This document shows, piece after piece, positions 32,222 through 42,896 of a stretch of DNA of 64,000 nt. Position 1 is the stretch's first letter, and each line of letters starts with the position of its first letter. Below the pieces are notes generated by a model. The model worked only from the letters and a program-made list of their open reading frames with translations. It searched no databases and had not been told where the DNA came from. Source of the DNA: an uncultured Methanoregulaceae archaeon (lineage in GTDB: Archaea > Halobacteriota > Methanomicrobia > Methanomicrobiales > Methanospirillaceae); NCBI GenBank assembly GCA_963705255.1, contig OY970061.1, positions 2,304,001 to 2,368,000 of the forward strand. The letters are read 5' to 3'. The position numbers were made by a program, and so were the translations under genes.

Positions 32222-32310
32222 AGAGAAGCGGAGTTATCACACAATCTCGGATTCATCTCAATTCGTGTCGCAATGAGAATAACCTACACGCAGAAAGGAT
32301 TGATTTACAC

Positions 32311-33324
32311 ATGCCAAAAATAAACAGACCACGCCGTGGTTCTCTTGCATTCAGCCCAAGGAAGCGTGCAAAGAGCCCAATCCCGAAATACCAGTCGTGG
32401 GCCCCCAGCCAGGGAGCACCGATCCTGCAGGGGTTTGCCGGATACAAAGTAGGTATGACGCATGTTGTCATGGTGGACGATCACAAAAACAGTCCTACCG
32501 AGGGGAAAGAGATCATGGTGTCCGTCACCGTTATCGAAGTCCCCACCATGAAAGTTGCCGCAATCCGTGCCTATTCACGGGATACCTATGGCAAACACGC
32601 CTTGACGGAGATATGGGCAGATCAGCTTGACAGCGTGCTTGGGCGCAGGATTACCCTGCCCAAAGACTACGACAAGGAAGCAGCCCTCAAGAAATTTTCG
32701 GATGCCTTAAAAGCAGGTACGGTAGCCGAGATCCATGCTCTTACGTATACACAACCGGCATCTCTCTCCGGTGTTCCCAAGAAAGTTCCCGACCTGATGG
32801 AGATCAAGATCGGGGGTGCAGACCTCGGCAAACAGTTTGAATTTGCCCAGGGTCTTCTCGGGAAAGAAGTATCCCTCGAAAGTGTGGTCCAGACGGGTGC
32901 CTATGCGGACATTACCGCAATAACAACCGGTAAGGGGACACAGGGCGTCGTAAAGCGCTGGGGAGTCGCCCTGCGAAAGCGCAAACACGCAGTCGGCGGC
33001 AAAGAGCGCCACATCGGCACTCTTGGCCCGTGGAACCCGCACCACATCCGCTGGGAAGTTCCCCAGATCGGACAGATGGGATTCCAGCAGCGAACCGAAT
33101 TCAACAAGCGGATCCTGAAAATCAGCGAGGATGCCAGTGAGGTAACCCCGGCCGGTGGATTCCTCCATTACGGTGTACTCAAGAACCCGTATGTTCTCAT
33201 AAAAGGGTCAATTCCCGGCCCGGTAAAACGGCTCATCCGTATCCGTCCGGCAATCCGCCAGGGTGAACATGTCGTCAGGATGCCGACAATCCAGTTCGTG
33301 AGCGTCCAGAGCAAGCAGGGATGA
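32311..33324 (+). CDS. rpl3: 50S ribosomal protein L3
   Basis: [25 protein letters not shown]. Confidence 0.98.
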   Translation: MPKINRPRRGSLAFSPRKRAKSPIPKYQSWAPSQGAPILQGFAGYKVGMTHVVMVDDHKNSPTEGKEIMVSVTVIEVPTMKVAAIRAYSRDTYGKHALTEIWADQLDSVLGRRITLPKDYDKEAALKKFSDALKAGTVAEIHALTYTQPASLSGVPKKVPDLMEIKIGGADLGKQFEFAQGLLGKEVSLESVVQTGAYADITAITTGKGTQGVVKRWGVALRKRKHAVGGKERHIGTLGPWNPHHIRWEVPQIGQMGFQQRTEFNKRILKISEDASEVTPAGGFLHYGVLKNPYVLIKGSIPGPVKRLIRIRPAIRQGEHVVRMPTIQFVSVQSKQG

Positions 33325-33330
33325 TCAGAG

Positions 33331-34077
33331 ATGAAAGCACAGGTTAAATCACTTGACGGCGGAGTCACAAAAGACATCGAACTCCCGGAGATCTTTTCCG
33401 AGGATTACCGCCCCGATCTGATCAAGAAGGCAGTGATGGCCCTCCAGAGCACACGGAGACAGCCTCACGGGACATACCCGTATGCAGGTATCTGTTCATC
33501 GGCAGTCGGCTGGGGAAGCGGTCGCGGTTCATCCCACGTTCCCCGTATCAAGAACGGGTCGCGTGCAGCAAAAGTCCCGCAGGCAAAAGGTGGCCGCGAG
33601 GCACACCCCCCGGTCGTTGCGAAGATATTGATCAAGGAGATCAACCAGAAGGAAAAACAGAAGGCCTTCCGGTCCGCTGTTGCCGCAAGTATCAGCCAGG
33701 ACCTTCTCAAACTCCGGGGACACACCTTCGAAGGTGCAGTACCGATCGTCTTTGAGGATACGTTCGAGTCACTCGGCCGCACGCAGGACGTCATCTCTGC
33801 ACTTACCACTGCAGGTGTCTACAACGACATCGAACGGGCAAAGGAGAGCAAGAAGGTCAAGGCAGGAAGAGGCAAGATGCGCGGGCGCAGGTTCAAGCAG
33901 CGCAAGAGCCTCCTGATCGTGACTGCAGAAAAACCGCTTGTTGCAGCACGCAACCTTTCCGGCGTGGATGTCGTTACCGTTGACCAGCTGAACGTTGAGC
34001 ACCTCGCACCCGGCATGCAGGCCGGACGGTTGACCGTCTGGACAGAAGGTGCACTCATACGCCTGGAGGGGAGGTAA
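33331..34077 (+). CDS. rpl4: 50S ribosomal protein L4
   Basis: RPDLIKKAV, WGSGRG, GGREAHPP. Confidence 0.98.
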   Translation: MKAQVKSLDGGVTKDIELPEIFSEDYRPDLIKKAVMALQSTRRQPHGTYPYAGICSSAVGWGSGRGSSHVPRIKNGSRAAKVPQAKGGREAHPPVVAKILIKEINQKEKQKAFRSAVAASISQDLLKLRGHTFEGAVPIVFEDTFESLGRTQDVISALTTAGVYNDIERAKESKKVKAGRGKMRGRRFKQRKSLLIVTAEKPLVAARNLSGVDVVTVDQLNVEHLAPGMQAGRLTVWTEGALIRLEGR

Positions 34078-34326
34078 ATGACCCTCAAGTACCCGTTTGT
34101 GACAGAGAAAGCGATGGTCCTCCTGGAGAACCAGAGCAAACTCCAGTTCCTCGTCACCCGCGAAGCAAGCAAGGACGACATCAAGCGTGAGATCGAAAAA
34201 GCATTCGGGCAGAATGTCAGGAGCGTCCGCACCCTGATGAACACGCACGGCCAGAAGAAGGCAATCGTGAGCTTTGAGAACGACAAAGCCGCCGAGGAGA
34301 TCCTCAGCCGGCTCGGTATAATGTAG
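34078..34326 (+). CDS. rpl23: 50S ribosomal protein L23
   Basis: YPFVTEKA, KKAIV; synteny. Confidence 0.97.
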   Translation: MTLKYPFVTEKAMVLLENQSKLQFLVTREASKDDIKREIEKAFGQNVRSVRTLMNTHGQKKAIVSFENDKAAEEILSRLGIM

Positions 34327-34335
34327 GTGGGGAAC

Positions 34336-35052
34336 ATGGGACATCGAATCACAACACAAAGCCGGGGCAAGGGAGGCCCGACATACCGGGCACCATCCCA
34401 CCGGTACAAGGCGGAACTTAAGCACATCGGCGACGACACGCTGAAGATCACCGGGACGGTCATCGATATCGAACACGATCCCGCCCGGAATGCGCCGATC
34501 GCGCTCGTAAAACTCGAAGACGGGGAAAAAGTCTACATGCTCGTCACCGAAGGGCTCGGAATCGGCGAAGAGATCGTCTGGGGATCCAGCGGGGAAGTCA
34601 AGAACGGCAACACGCTCACACTCCAGAATATTCCCACCGGTACATTCATCTGCAATATCGAAGCCCGGCCCAACGACGGCGGCAAGTTCGTGCGTTCATC
34701 GGGAGTCCAGGCCGTCGTTGTCGACAAGATTGAGGACCGCGTCGGCGTCAGGATGCCCAGCGGCAAGACGAAATGGTTCAACCACCGCTGCCGTGCAACT
34801 GTCGGAATCGTTGCCGGTGGCGGCCGTGTCGAGAAGCCGTTCGTGAAAGCAGGCAACAAGTACCACAAGATGCAGAACACCGCATCCAACTGGCCACGCG
34901 TCCGTGGTGTCGCGATGAACGTCATCGACCACCCGTTCGGTGGCGGCGGGCACCAGCATACCGGCCGCCCCAAGACCATTGCGCGGGGAACCTCCCCGGG
35001 CAGGACCGTCGGCCATGTGGCAGCACGCAGGACAGGTAAGAGCAGGAAGTGA
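34336..35052 (+). CDS. rpl2: 50S ribosomal protein L2
   Basis: WPRVRGVAMNVIDHPFGGG. Confidence 0.98.
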   Translation: MGHRITTQSRGKGGPTYRAPSHRYKAELKHIGDDTLKITGTVIDIEHDPARNAPIALVKLEDGEKVYMLVTEGLGIGEEIVWGSSGEVKNGNTLTLQNIPTGTFICNIEARPNDGGKFVRSSGVQAVVVDKIEDRVGVRMPSGKTKWFNHRCRATVGIVAGGGRVEKPFVKAGNKYHKMQNTASNWPRVRGVAMNVIDHPFGGGGHQHTGRPKTIARGTSPGRTVGHVAARRTGKSRK

Positions 35053-35057
35053 TGGGT

Positions 35058-35477
35058 ATGGCAGCACCTAAAAAGACACAGAAGAGAATGCCAAGACGGC
35101 GTGAGGAGTTCACCTATCGCGGCTACAAGATCGACGAGCTGAAAGCGATGGGGATGAGCGAACTCCTCCCCCTTATGCCAGCCCGTCCCCGCCGCAAGAT
35201 CGTCCGCGGGTTCTCCCGTGGTGAAGAGACATTACTCGCTAAGGTTCGCGAAGGCGACGAGAAGATCCGGACTCACCTCCGTGAAATGATCGTCATGCCG
35301 GAGATGGTAGGCAAAACCATTGAGATCTACAATGGCAAGGAATTCGTGAAAGTCGAGTTCCAGCCGGAGTCGGTCTTCCACTATCTCGGAGAGTTTGCAC
35401 TGACAAGGAAGAGGGTCTCTCATGGGAGTGCCGGTATCGGTGCGACCAGAGGCAGCAAGTACGTTCCGCTGAAGTGA
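35058..35477 (+). CDS. rps19: 30S ribosomal protein S19
   Basis: [30 protein letters not shown]. Confidence 0.97.
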   Translation: MAAPKKTQKRMPRRREEFTYRGYKIDELKAMGMSELLPLMPARPRRKIVRGFSRGEETLLAKVREGDEKIRTHLREMIVMPEMVGKTIEIYNGKEFVKVEFQPESVFHYLGEFALTRKRVSHGSAGIGATRGSKYVPLK

Positions 35478-35482
35478 TGGAC

Positions 35483-35947
35483 ATGGCACGCATTGATTAT
35501 TCAAATAAGATCAAGGGCGACAATGTGGCAAAAGCAAAGGCCAACGAAATTAACGTGTCGCCAAAGCATTCGATAGAGATCGCCGGGTTCATCAGGAACA
35601 AACGGGTGAATGAAGCAATTGCATACCTGAATGATGTCGTCAAGTTGAAAAAGGCGGTCCCTTTCAGGTATTTCAACCGGAATGTTGCGCACAAGCGCGG
35701 TCTTCCCGGTAACTGGGATGCAGGCCGGTACCCGGTCAAAGCGTCAAAGGAATATATCCGGATCCTTGAATCGGTCAAAAAGAATGCCGAGTACATCGGC
35801 CTTGATGCAGAAAACCTCGAGATCATCCATGCGTCGGCGAACCGCGGGCGGGCACAGAAAGCCTTCTTCCCCCGTGCGATGGGAAGGGCAACCCCCAAGG
35901 TCCGCGAAACCGTAAACATTGAGATCATTGTCCGAGAGGTGGCGTAA
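35483..35947 (+). CDS. rpl22: 50S ribosomal protein L22
   Basis: [17 protein letters not shown]. Confidence 0.97.
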   Translation: MARIDYSNKIKGDNVAKAKANEINVSPKHSIEIAGFIRNKRVNEAIAYLNDVVKLKKAVPFRYFNRNVAHKRGLPGNWDAGRYPVKASKEYIRILESVKKNAEYIGLDAENLEIIHASANRGRAQKAFFPRAMGRATPKVRETVNIEIIVREVA

Positions 35948-36642
35948 TGGCGGTAGAGAGAAAATTCATCGATGAGGGTGTCAGGAAAGCCCGTGTCGAA
36001 AAGTACCTGTCCAAGGAACTGAAACGCGCCGGCTACGGGGGTATGGATATCGCCCGGACTCCTCTCGGTACCCAGGTCACCATCTTTGCCGAGAAACCGG
36101 GGATTGTGATTGGCAAGGGCGGCAAGCTGGTCCACCAGCTCACCCTGGACCTTGCCCAGAACTACGGTGTCGAATCGCCGCAGATCGAGGTCCAGCAGGT
36201 CACCAACCCCAGTTTCAATGCCCAGATCATGGCCGAGAGACTTGCAAACGCCCTTGAGCGCGGCTGGTACTTCCGCAAGGCCGGAACAAGCATCCTGCGC
36301 CGCGTCATGGACTCCGGTGCGCTCGGGTGTGAAGTCGTCATCGCCGGGAAACTGACCGGGGCCCGCGCCCGTACCCAGAAGTTTACCGAGGGGTACATCA
36401 AGCACTGTGGCGAACCGAGCAACACACTTGTCGAGAAAGGATATGCGGTGGCGATAAAGAAACTCGGCGTCATCGGCGTCCAGGTCAAGCTCGTTCCTGC
36501 CGGAGCAAAACTGCCCGACCACTTCTCGGTCATCGAACAGGAGAAGAAGAGACAGGCCCCGGCTGCCGTGGTCACCGCCGTTGGCGATACCGATACCGAA
36601 GAGCCCGCACTTCCTGATGAGAAATTAGGGGAGGAACAGTGA
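35947..36642 (+). CDS. rps3: 30S ribosomal protein S3
   Basis: KH domain PGIVIGKGG, GKLTGARAR. Confidence 0.98.
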   Translation: MAVERKFIDEGVRKARVEKYLSKELKRAGYGGMDIARTPLGTQVTIFAEKPGIVIGKGGKLVHQLTLDLAQNYGVESPQIEVQQVTNPSFNAQIMAERLANALERGWYFRKAGTSILRRVMDSGALGCEVVIAGKLTGARARTQKFTEGYIKHCGEPSNTLVEKGYAVAIKKLGVIGVQVKLVPAGAKLPDHFSVIEQEKKRQAPAAVVTAVGDTDTEEPALPDEKLGEEQ

Positions 36643-36845
36643 TGGCGATATTCAGGGCGCATGATGTCCAGCAGCTGTCAGATATCGAGCTGCAGGAACA
36701 GATGGGAAAACTCCGGATGGAACTTATCCAGCACTACGGCAAGGTGAGTGCCGGTGGCGCTACCGAAAACCCTGGACATATCCGCGAACTGAGGCGGACC
36801 ATCGCCCGTATGTTGACTGAGCAGAACCGCAGGAGAACTGCATGA
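36642..36845 (+). CDS. rpl29: 50S ribosomal protein L29
   Basis: ENPGHIRELRRTIARMLT. Confidence 0.96.
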   Translation: MAIFRAHDVQQLSDIELQEQMGKLRMELIQHYGKVSAGGATENPGHIRELRRTIARMLTEQNRRRTA

Positions 36846-37126
36846 TCTCTTCCCAGAATGTCCTCCGCCACGAACTGATCGGCCTGGACGTTCTGGTCTC
36901 TGGAGCCGCAAACCCCCTGCATAAGGGAATATCCGGTCGCATCGTCGATGAGACAAAGAACATGCTCGCAATCCAGACAGGCCGCGGGATCCGGCGCATC
37001 CCCAAGATGCACAGTACATTCCGCGTACGTCTTCCGGGCAGTGAACTTGTTGAGATAGATGGATCCGTGATGGTTCTGGCTCCTGAAAGAAGGATCAGCC
37101 TGCACGAAAAGAAGAGGATACCATAA
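36842..37126 (+). CDS. rnp1: RNase P protein component 1 (Rpp29)
   Basis: [21 protein letters not shown]; synteny. Confidence 0.93.
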   Translation: MISSQNVLRHELIGLDVLVSGAANPLHKGISGRIVDETKNMLAIQTGRGIRRIPKMHSTFRVRLPGSELVEIDGSVMVLAPERRISLHEKKRIP

Positions 37127-37452
37127 TGGCACTAAACATTGGATTGAACGTCCAGGCACCAAAAGAGGCGTGCAAGGACGTTAATTGTCCGTTTCACGGC
37201 ACTTTACCGGTGCGCGGCCAGGTGATCACCGGTAAAGTCGTGAGCGATCGAATGATGGGGACGGTCGTGGTTGCACGGAACTACATGCACTACGTCCGTA
37301 AATACAAGCGGTACGAGAAACGAAGCTCGAAACTCCATGCCCACAACCCGCCCTGCATCCAGGCCAAGGTCGGGGACATGGTGAAGATAGCCGAGTGCAG
37401 ACCGCTCTCGAAGAGCACGACCTTTGTCGTTGTGGAGGTGCAGAAGCCATGA
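37126..37452 (+). CDS. rps17: 30S ribosomal protein S17
   Basis: [13 protein letters not shown]. Confidence 0.97.
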   Translation: MALNIGLNVQAPKEACKDVNCPFHGTLPVRGQVITGKVVSDRMMGTVVVARNYMHYVRKYKRYEKRSSKLHAHNPPCIQAKVGDMVKIAECRPLSKSTTFVVVEVQKP

Positions 37453-37847
37453 AGGCAAAGCAGTCCAAGACGCCGAGATCCCTTGCGACGGGGACGAGAC
37501 TTGCATGCGCCGATAATACCGGTGCAAGGACCGTGCAGATCATCTCTGTCTTCGGCTACCATGGTGTCAGGCGCCGTCAGCCCAAGCTGGGGCTGGGGGA
37601 TCTCGCCACCGTGAGCGTCCAGAAAGGCACCCCCGACATGCGCCGCAAGCTGGTGCGTGCAGTGGTCATCCGCGCGAAGAAGGAGATGCGCAGGCCCAAC
37701 GGCATGCGGGTCTCCTTTGATGACAACGCTGTTGTCGTCGTGGATGAGAAGAACGAACCCAAGGGAACTGAGATCAAAGGACCCGTTGCGCGTGAAGTCG
37801 CGGAACGTTTCCCCAAGCTCGGTTCGATGGCAACGATCATCGTATGA
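37449..37847 (+). CDS. rpl14: 50S ribosomal protein L14
   Basis: [23 protein letters not shown]. Confidence 0.97.
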   Translation: MKAKQSKTPRSLATGTRLACADNTGARTVQIISVFGYHGVRRRQPKLGLGDLATVSVQKGTPDMRRKLVRAVVIRAKKEMRRPNGMRVSFDDNAVVVVDEKNEPKGTEIKGPVAREVAERFPKLGSMATIIV

Positions 37848-37857
37848 GGTGTGCAGC

Positions 37858-38223
37858 ATGGTAAGAATCAAAAGCGAACAGCCAAGAAAACAGAGAAAGG
37901 CCCGCTACAGTGCACCGTCACACGTGAGGACAAAATTCCTGAACGCACCCCTATCAGAGGACCTGAAGGAGAACTACAAAAAGAAGACGCTGCGTGTCAT
38001 CAAGGGAGACACCGTAAAAGTGACCCGTGGGGATTTTGCAGGAGACGAGGGCCTGGTCGACGCTGTCGACACCGTAAAGGCAAAGATCGTCGTCCACGGA
38101 GTCTCGTCCACCAAAGCCGACGGCACAGAAGTCCCGCGCCTGATTGACGCATCGAACGTGCAGCTCACCAAACTGAACCTCGCAGACAAACGCCGCGTGG
38201 CAAAACTCGGGGAGGCCGAATAA
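37858..38223 (+). CDS. rpl24: 50S ribosomal protein L24
   Basis: QPRKQRK, KOW motif KGDTVKVTRG. Confidence 0.97.
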   Translation: MVRIKSEQPRKQRKARYSAPSHVRTKFLNAPLSEDLKENYKKKTLRVIKGDTVKVTRGDFAGDEGLVDAVDTVKAKIVVHGVSSTKADGTEVPRLIDASNVQLTKLNLADKRRVAKLGEAE

Positions 38224-38948
38224 TGTCAGAACACCTGAAGCGACTGAATGCCCCGGACTCGTGGCACATCGCAAAGAAGACCACGAAATTCATTACCAAG
38301 ACCGCGCCGGGCCCTCACAACGCAAATGCGATGCCGATCGCCGTCTGGCTCCGTGACCACATGGACTATGCACGGAACATGAAGGAGATCAAGCAGATCC
38401 TCGGCCAGAACGATGTGATCATCAATGGCCGGCCCTGCCGCAATCCCAAGATGGGGATCGGCATCTTCGATATCATCGCCCTGCCGAAAATCAACAGGTA
38501 TTACCGCATCCTGCGCGACAGGAACGGCCGCCACGTCTCCATCGAGATTGATGCAGAGGCTGCCAAGACCCGGCTGTGCAAGGTCACGAACAAGACCGTT
38601 GTCACCGGTGGCAAAGTCCAGCTGAACCTGCGGGACGGCGCCAACCTGCTCGCAGACAATACTTACAAGGCCGGCGATTCGGTCGTGCTCTCCCTGGAAC
38701 CCGGGAACCGGTTCACGATCCTCGATCACTTCCCGTTCGCTGTCGGCAACATGGCCATGGTCATCGGTGGCCGCCACTCCGGCAACGTCGCACGGATCGT
38801 TGAGATCGTCAAGATGCCCGGGAGCGTCCCCAACAAGATCGTTCTCGAGGACGAGAAGACGGGCACCCGGTTCGACACGATCGCTCCCTACATTTACATG
38901 GTAGGAAAGCAGACACCTGCGATTGCAAAATGGGGGCATGAAGAGTGA
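38223..38948 (+). CDS. rps4e: 30S ribosomal protein S4e
   Basis: [18 protein letters not shown]. Confidence 0.97.
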   Translation: MSEHLKRLNAPDSWHIAKKTTKFITKTAPGPHNANAMPIAVWLRDHMDYARNMKEIKQILGQNDVIINGRPCRNPKMGIGIFDIIALPKINRYYRILRDRNGRHVSIEIDAEAAKTRLCKVTNKTVVTGGKVQLNLRDGANLLADNTYKAGDSVVLSLEPGNRFTILDHFPFAVGNMAMVIGGRHSGNVARIVEIVKMPGSVPNKIVLEDEKTGTRFDTIAPYIYMVGKQTPAIAKWGHEE

Positions 38949-39451
38949 CCTCGATGCGCGATGTCTACATCGACAAGATCGTCGTCCACATGGGAGTAGG
39001 CGAGAGCGGTGAGAAGCTGGTGAAAGCGGAAAACATTATGAAGACAATCACGAAGCAGACACCGATCCGGAGCATTGCCAAGAAGACGCAGCCTGCCTTT
39101 TCCATCAGGAAAGGTGCCCCGATCGGCTGCAAGGTAACCCTCCGCGGCAAGCCTGCCCGTGACTTCTTCGAGACCTCCTTAAAGATCGTCGACAAGACGC
39201 TCTTTGAGAGCCAGCTTGACACGAGCGGGAATTTCTCGTTCGGTATCGAGGAGCACACGGACTTCCCCGGTATGTCCTATGATCCGCAGATCGGTATCTA
39301 TGGCATGGATGTGAACGTGGTGCTCGAACGCAGAGGTATACGGATCACCCGCAGGCGCATGGAGCAGAAGAAACTCCCGGCAAAGCAGCGCGTCAGCAAA
39401 CAGGATGCGATCGCGTTCCTCAAGGACACCTATCAGGTAGAGGTGCGCTAA
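38945..39451 (+). CDS. rpl5: 50S ribosomal protein L5
   Basis: [30 protein letters not shown]. Confidence 0.97.
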   Translation: MTSMRDVYIDKIVVHMGVGESGEKLVKAENIMKTITKQTPIRSIAKKTQPAFSIRKGAPIGCKVTLRGKPARDFFETSLKIVDKTLFESQLDTSGNFSFGIEEHTDFPGMSYDPQIGIYGMDVNVVLERRGIRITRRRMEQKKLPAKQRVSKQDAIAFLKDTYQVEVR

Positions 39452-39606
39452 TGGCTGGAGAAAGGAAGAAGATCTACGGTCGCGGTGCGAACGAATGCAA
39501 GATGTGCGGCCGGAAGCAGGGCCTCGTGCGCAGGTACCATATCATGTTCTGCCGGCAGTGCTTCCGCGAGTGGGCCCAGAAGATGGGTTTCAAGAAGATG
39601 AGCTGA
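39451..39606 (+). CDS. rps14: 30S ribosomal protein S14 (zinc-binding); not in the ORF track
   Basis: Hand translation [51 protein letters not shown]. Confidence 0.95.
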   Translation: MAGERKKIYGRGANECKMCGRKQGLVRRYHIMFCRQCFREWAQKMGFKKMS

Positions 39607-39619
39607 GGAGTGAGCAAGA

Positions 39620-40012
39620 ATGACACGACTGAATACAATAGCAGACGGGATGTGCACCCTGAAAAATGCAGGGGATACCGGGAAGTCCGTATGTATCATC
39701 GAGCCCGCAAGCAAACTCCTTGGCGCAATGCTCCGCATTATGCAGGATGCCGGCTATATCGGCAGCTTCGAGTTCGTGGAGGATGGCAGGGGCGGACAGC
39801 TCAGGGTCAATCTCACGGGCAGGATCAACCGCTGCGGTGCAATAACGCCGCGGTTTTCCGTACAGCTGGACGAGATGGAATACTGGGAGAAGCAGTACCT
39901 GCCCGGCAAGAACTTCGGGCTCCTGATGCTTTCGACCTCGCGTGGTGTCATGTCCCACGAACAGGCGAGGAAAGAAGGTATCGGCGGCGAACTGCTCGGG
40001 TACGTCTACTAG
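39620..40012 (+). CDS. rps8: 30S ribosomal protein S8
   Basis: [29 protein letters not shown]. Confidence 0.97.
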   Translation: MTRLNTIADGMCTLKNAGDTGKSVCIIEPASKLLGAMLRIMQDAGYIGSFEFVEDGRGGQLRVNLTGRINRCGAITPRFSVQLDEMEYWEKQYLPGKNFGLLMLSTSRGVMSHEQARKEGIGGELLGYVY

Positions 40013-40023
40013 GGGGTGCGAAG

Positions 40024-40548
40024 ATGTCAGCAGTACGAAAAGTGAAGATTCCCGAGGGTGTAAAAGCCCAGCTTGACGGAACGCAGCTCAAAGTGACAGG
40101 TCCCAAGGGGCAGCTCACCCGCAATATGCGGTTCCCCCAGGTCACCATGACCTGTGACGGCAGCGAAGTCACCATCTCGACCGATTCCGGGAGAAAGGAG
40201 ATCACGGCAATGGTCGGTACCCTTGAGGCACATACGAAGAACATGTGCCGTGGCGTCAGTGAAGGGTTCGAGTACCGAATGAAAGTGGTGTACAGCCACT
40301 TCCCCATCCAGCTCAAGCTGCAGGGAAACCGGCTTGAGATTGCCAATTTCCTTGGCGAGAAGAAGGCGAGGTACGCACGGATCGAGTCCGGCGTTGTGGC
40401 AAAAGTGGCGAATGACGAAGTTGTTCTCACCGGGATCGACCGCGAACTTGTCGGGAACTCGGCAGCAAACATCGAACATGCCACTCATATCCGCAACCGT
40501 GACCCGCGGGTGTTCCAGGACGGAATTTACATGGTCCAGAGAGGCTGA
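40024..40548 (+). CDS. rpl6: 50S ribosomal protein L6
   Basis: VYSHFP, NFLGEK, DPRVFQDGIY. Confidence 0.97.
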   Translation: MSAVRKVKIPEGVKAQLDGTQLKVTGPKGQLTRNMRFPQVTMTCDGSEVTISTDSGRKEITAMVGTLEAHTKNMCRGVSEGFEYRMKVVYSHFPIQLKLQGNRLEIANFLGEKKARYARIESGVVAKVANDEVVLTGIDRELVGNSAANIEHATHIRNRDPRVFQDGIYMVQRG

Positions 40549-40552
40549 AGGG

Positions 40553-41308
40553 ATGACAACAGAAGTAAAGCGACTGATCCGGGTGCGCACAGAGAAGGGC
40601 GCAAGCTTCAAGCGCGACGGGTTCGGTAAGAAACGACAGCTCTCCGACTCATGGAGAAAGCCCCGTGGACAGCACAACAAGCAGCGGGAGCAGAAGAAGG
40701 CAAAGGGCGCTCTCCCGAAGCCGGGATTCGGCAGCCCTCTTGCCGTGCGGAACATGCACCCGAGCGGCTTTTTCGAAGTGCTCGTCTCCTCCGTAAAGGA
40801 AATCGAGGGCCTGGACCCGAAGACCCAGGCGGTGCGGATTTCAGCGACCGTTGGCGACCGGAAACGGGTCGGACTTCAGGAAGCGGCAATCGGTGCAGGT
40901 CTCAAGGTCCTGAATGCCCGGAACGTAAAGCCCAGGGCAGAGAAAGAACCGGGAAAGGCAGCCGCAAAGGACGAAGTGAAGCAGAAAAAAGAAGAGAAGA
41001 AACCCGCAAAGTCCAGAAAAACTGCCGCCCCGGCAAAGAAGGAAGCCAAGAAGGAGAAACCGGCTCCTGTGACTGATGAGAAGAAGAAGGCACCGGCAGC
41101 CGCAAAGAAGTCTTCCCGGCCGAAGGCGGAACCTGCCGGGAAGCCTGCAGAAAAACCCGCAAAGAAAGAAAAGGCAGCGGCAAAGCCCGCAGCGAAGGCT
41201 GCAAAGCCAAAGGCCGAGAAACCTCAGGAAAAGACTGAAGCAAAACCCAAAGCAGTCTCAAAACCGAAGGCAAAAAAGAGCGGTTCAGGAGTGAAGAAGA
41301 ATGAGTGA
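40553..41308 (+). CDS. rpl32e: 50S ribosomal protein L32e with ~125-aa Lys/Ala/Pro/Glu-rich tail
   Basis: WRKPRG, GFGSP, HPSG core followed by a low-complexity extension. Confidence 0.93.
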   Translation: MTTEVKRLIRVRTEKGASFKRDGFGKKRQLSDSWRKPRGQHNKQREQKKAKGALPKPGFGSPLAVRNMHPSGFFEVLVSSVKEIEGLDPKTQAVRISATVGDRKRVGLQEAAIGAGLKVLNARNVKPRAEKEPGKAAAKDEVKQKKEEKKPAKSRKTAAPAKKEAKKEKPAPVTDEKKKAPAAAKKSSRPKAEPAGKPAEKPAKKEKAAAKPAAKAAKPKAEKPQEKTEAKPKAVSKPKAKKSGSGVKKNE

Positions 41309-41753
41309 CGTCGCCAGCCAGAAACGCATTGCCGCGTCCATCATGAAATGCGGGGTGAACCGCGTCTGGTTCGATCCGGCCCGTCTCTCCGATATCGAGA
41401 ACGCAATCTCGCGTGAGGACCTACGGGGACTCGTAACGGATGGCGCGATCAAGGCACGCCAGAAGAAGGGCGTCAGCCGCGGCAGGGCCCGCGCACGGAT
41501 CGCCCAACGGTCCTACGGGCACCGCAAGGGTGCAGGAAAACGGAAGGGTGCAGCAGGTGCCCGCAACCCGAGCAAGACCGCATGGGTCCAGAAGATCCGT
41601 GCGATCAGGAAAGTGCTCGTTGAACTGCGCACGGCCGGTACCATTGACCGGCACATGTACCGCCTCCTCTACCGTAAAGCGGCCGGGGGCCAGTTCAGGA
41701 GCGTCGCGCACATGAAGGCGCAGATGGAGATCCTCGCAGGGAGGATGAAGTAA
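41301..41753 (+). CDS. rpl19e: 50S ribosomal protein L19e
   Basis: QKRIAASI, GKRKG, LYRKAAGG. Confidence 0.97.
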   Translation: MSDVASQKRIAASIMKCGVNRVWFDPARLSDIENAISREDLRGLVTDGAIKARQKKGVSRGRARARIAQRSYGHRKGAGKRKGAAGARNPSKTAWVQKIRAIRKVLVELRTAGTIDRHMYRLLYRKAAGGQFRSVAHMKAQMEILAGRMK

Positions 41754-42278
41754 ATGGCAACAGGACCACGGTACTTTGTCCCCTTCCGGAGACGGAGGGA
41801 AGGCAAGACCGATTATTACCAGCGGACCCGGCTCGTGGTCGCGGATGTGCCCCGGATGGTTGTCAGGAAGACAAACCGGCACATCATCGTCCAGCTCGTC
41901 GTTGCAGAGATGGAAGGCGACCGCACGCTCGTTGCAGCAAATTCCGCTGAACTCGAGAAATACGGGTACAAAGGATCGACTTCCAGCACACCGGCAGCCT
42001 ACCTCACGGGCATGCTCTTTGCCGTAAAGGCAAAGAAAGCCCGGCAGGACAGTGCAGTCCTGGACATCGGGCTCAACCGTGCAACACCGGGGGCCCGGGT
42101 ATTCGCTGCCCTCAAGGGTGCAGTCGATGCAGGGCTGGACATCCCCTATGGCGAGGAGATCCTCCCCTCGGATGAGCGCATCAAGGGGGCGCATATTGCG
42201 GCATACAACAAGGATGCAGGCGATATCGTCAGGGTTGTCGAGCAGGTGGCAGATGCCATAAAGAAGGAGATGGCGTAA
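41754..42278 (+). CDS. rpl18: 50S ribosomal protein L18
   Basis: [23 protein letters not shown]. Confidence 0.97.
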   Translation: MATGPRYFVPFRRRREGKTDYYQRTRLVVADVPRMVVRKTNRHIIVQLVVAEMEGDRTLVAANSAELEKYGYKGSTSSTPAAYLTGMLFAVKAKKARQDSAVLDIGLNRATPGARVFAALKGAVDAGLDIPYGEEILPSDERIKGAHIAAYNKDAGDIVRVVEQVADAIKKEMA

Positions 42279-42896
42279 ATGGCGTACGAACGAGAAGAAT
42301 GGCATCCGGTCACCGGTCTTGGCAAACTTGTCGCTGAGGGAGATATCAAGAGCATCGATCAGGTCCTCGCAAGCGGCAGACCGATCAAGGAACCCCAGAT
42401 CGTTGACACGTTCCTTCCCGATCTTGAGGACGAAGTCCTTGATATCGCGATGATGCAGCGGATGACTGACTCGGGCCGCCGTGTCCAGTTCCGTGCAGTC
42501 GTCATAGTCGGCAACCGCAACGGCTACATCGGGTTCGGCCAGGGCAAGGACGTGCAGGTCGGCGATGCAATCAAGAAGGCGATCGTCAAGGCAAAGATGA
42601 ACCTCATCAAGGTCCAGCGCGGCTGCGGCAGCTGGGAATGCGGGTGCGATGTTTCCCATTCGATTCCCATGCAGGTCACCGGTACCGCCGGCAGTGTCAA
42701 GGTCACCCTCAAGCCCGCGCCCCAGGGAATCGGGCTTGTCACCGGTGACATCAGCAAGAAAGTGCTCGAGCTCGCCGGTATCAAGGATGTCTGGACATTT
42801 GCACGGGGACAGACCCGCACCACCATCAACTTTGCCAAGGCGACCTTCAACGCACTCAAGGAGACCAACATGATCAGGACAGGGAGGTCTCAGTAA
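42279..42896 (+). CDS. rps5: 30S ribosomal protein S5
   Basis: [24 protein letters not shown]. Confidence 0.97.
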   Translation: MAYEREEWHPVTGLGKLVAEGDIKSIDQVLASGRPIKEPQIVDTFLPDLEDEVLDIAMMQRMTDSGRRVQFRAVVIVGNRNGYIGFGQGKDVQVGDAIKKAIVKAKMNLIKVQRGCGSWECGCDVSHSIPMQVTGTAGSVKVTLKPAPQGIGLVTGDISKKVLELAGIKDVWTFARGQTRTTINFAKATFNALKETNMIRTGRSQ

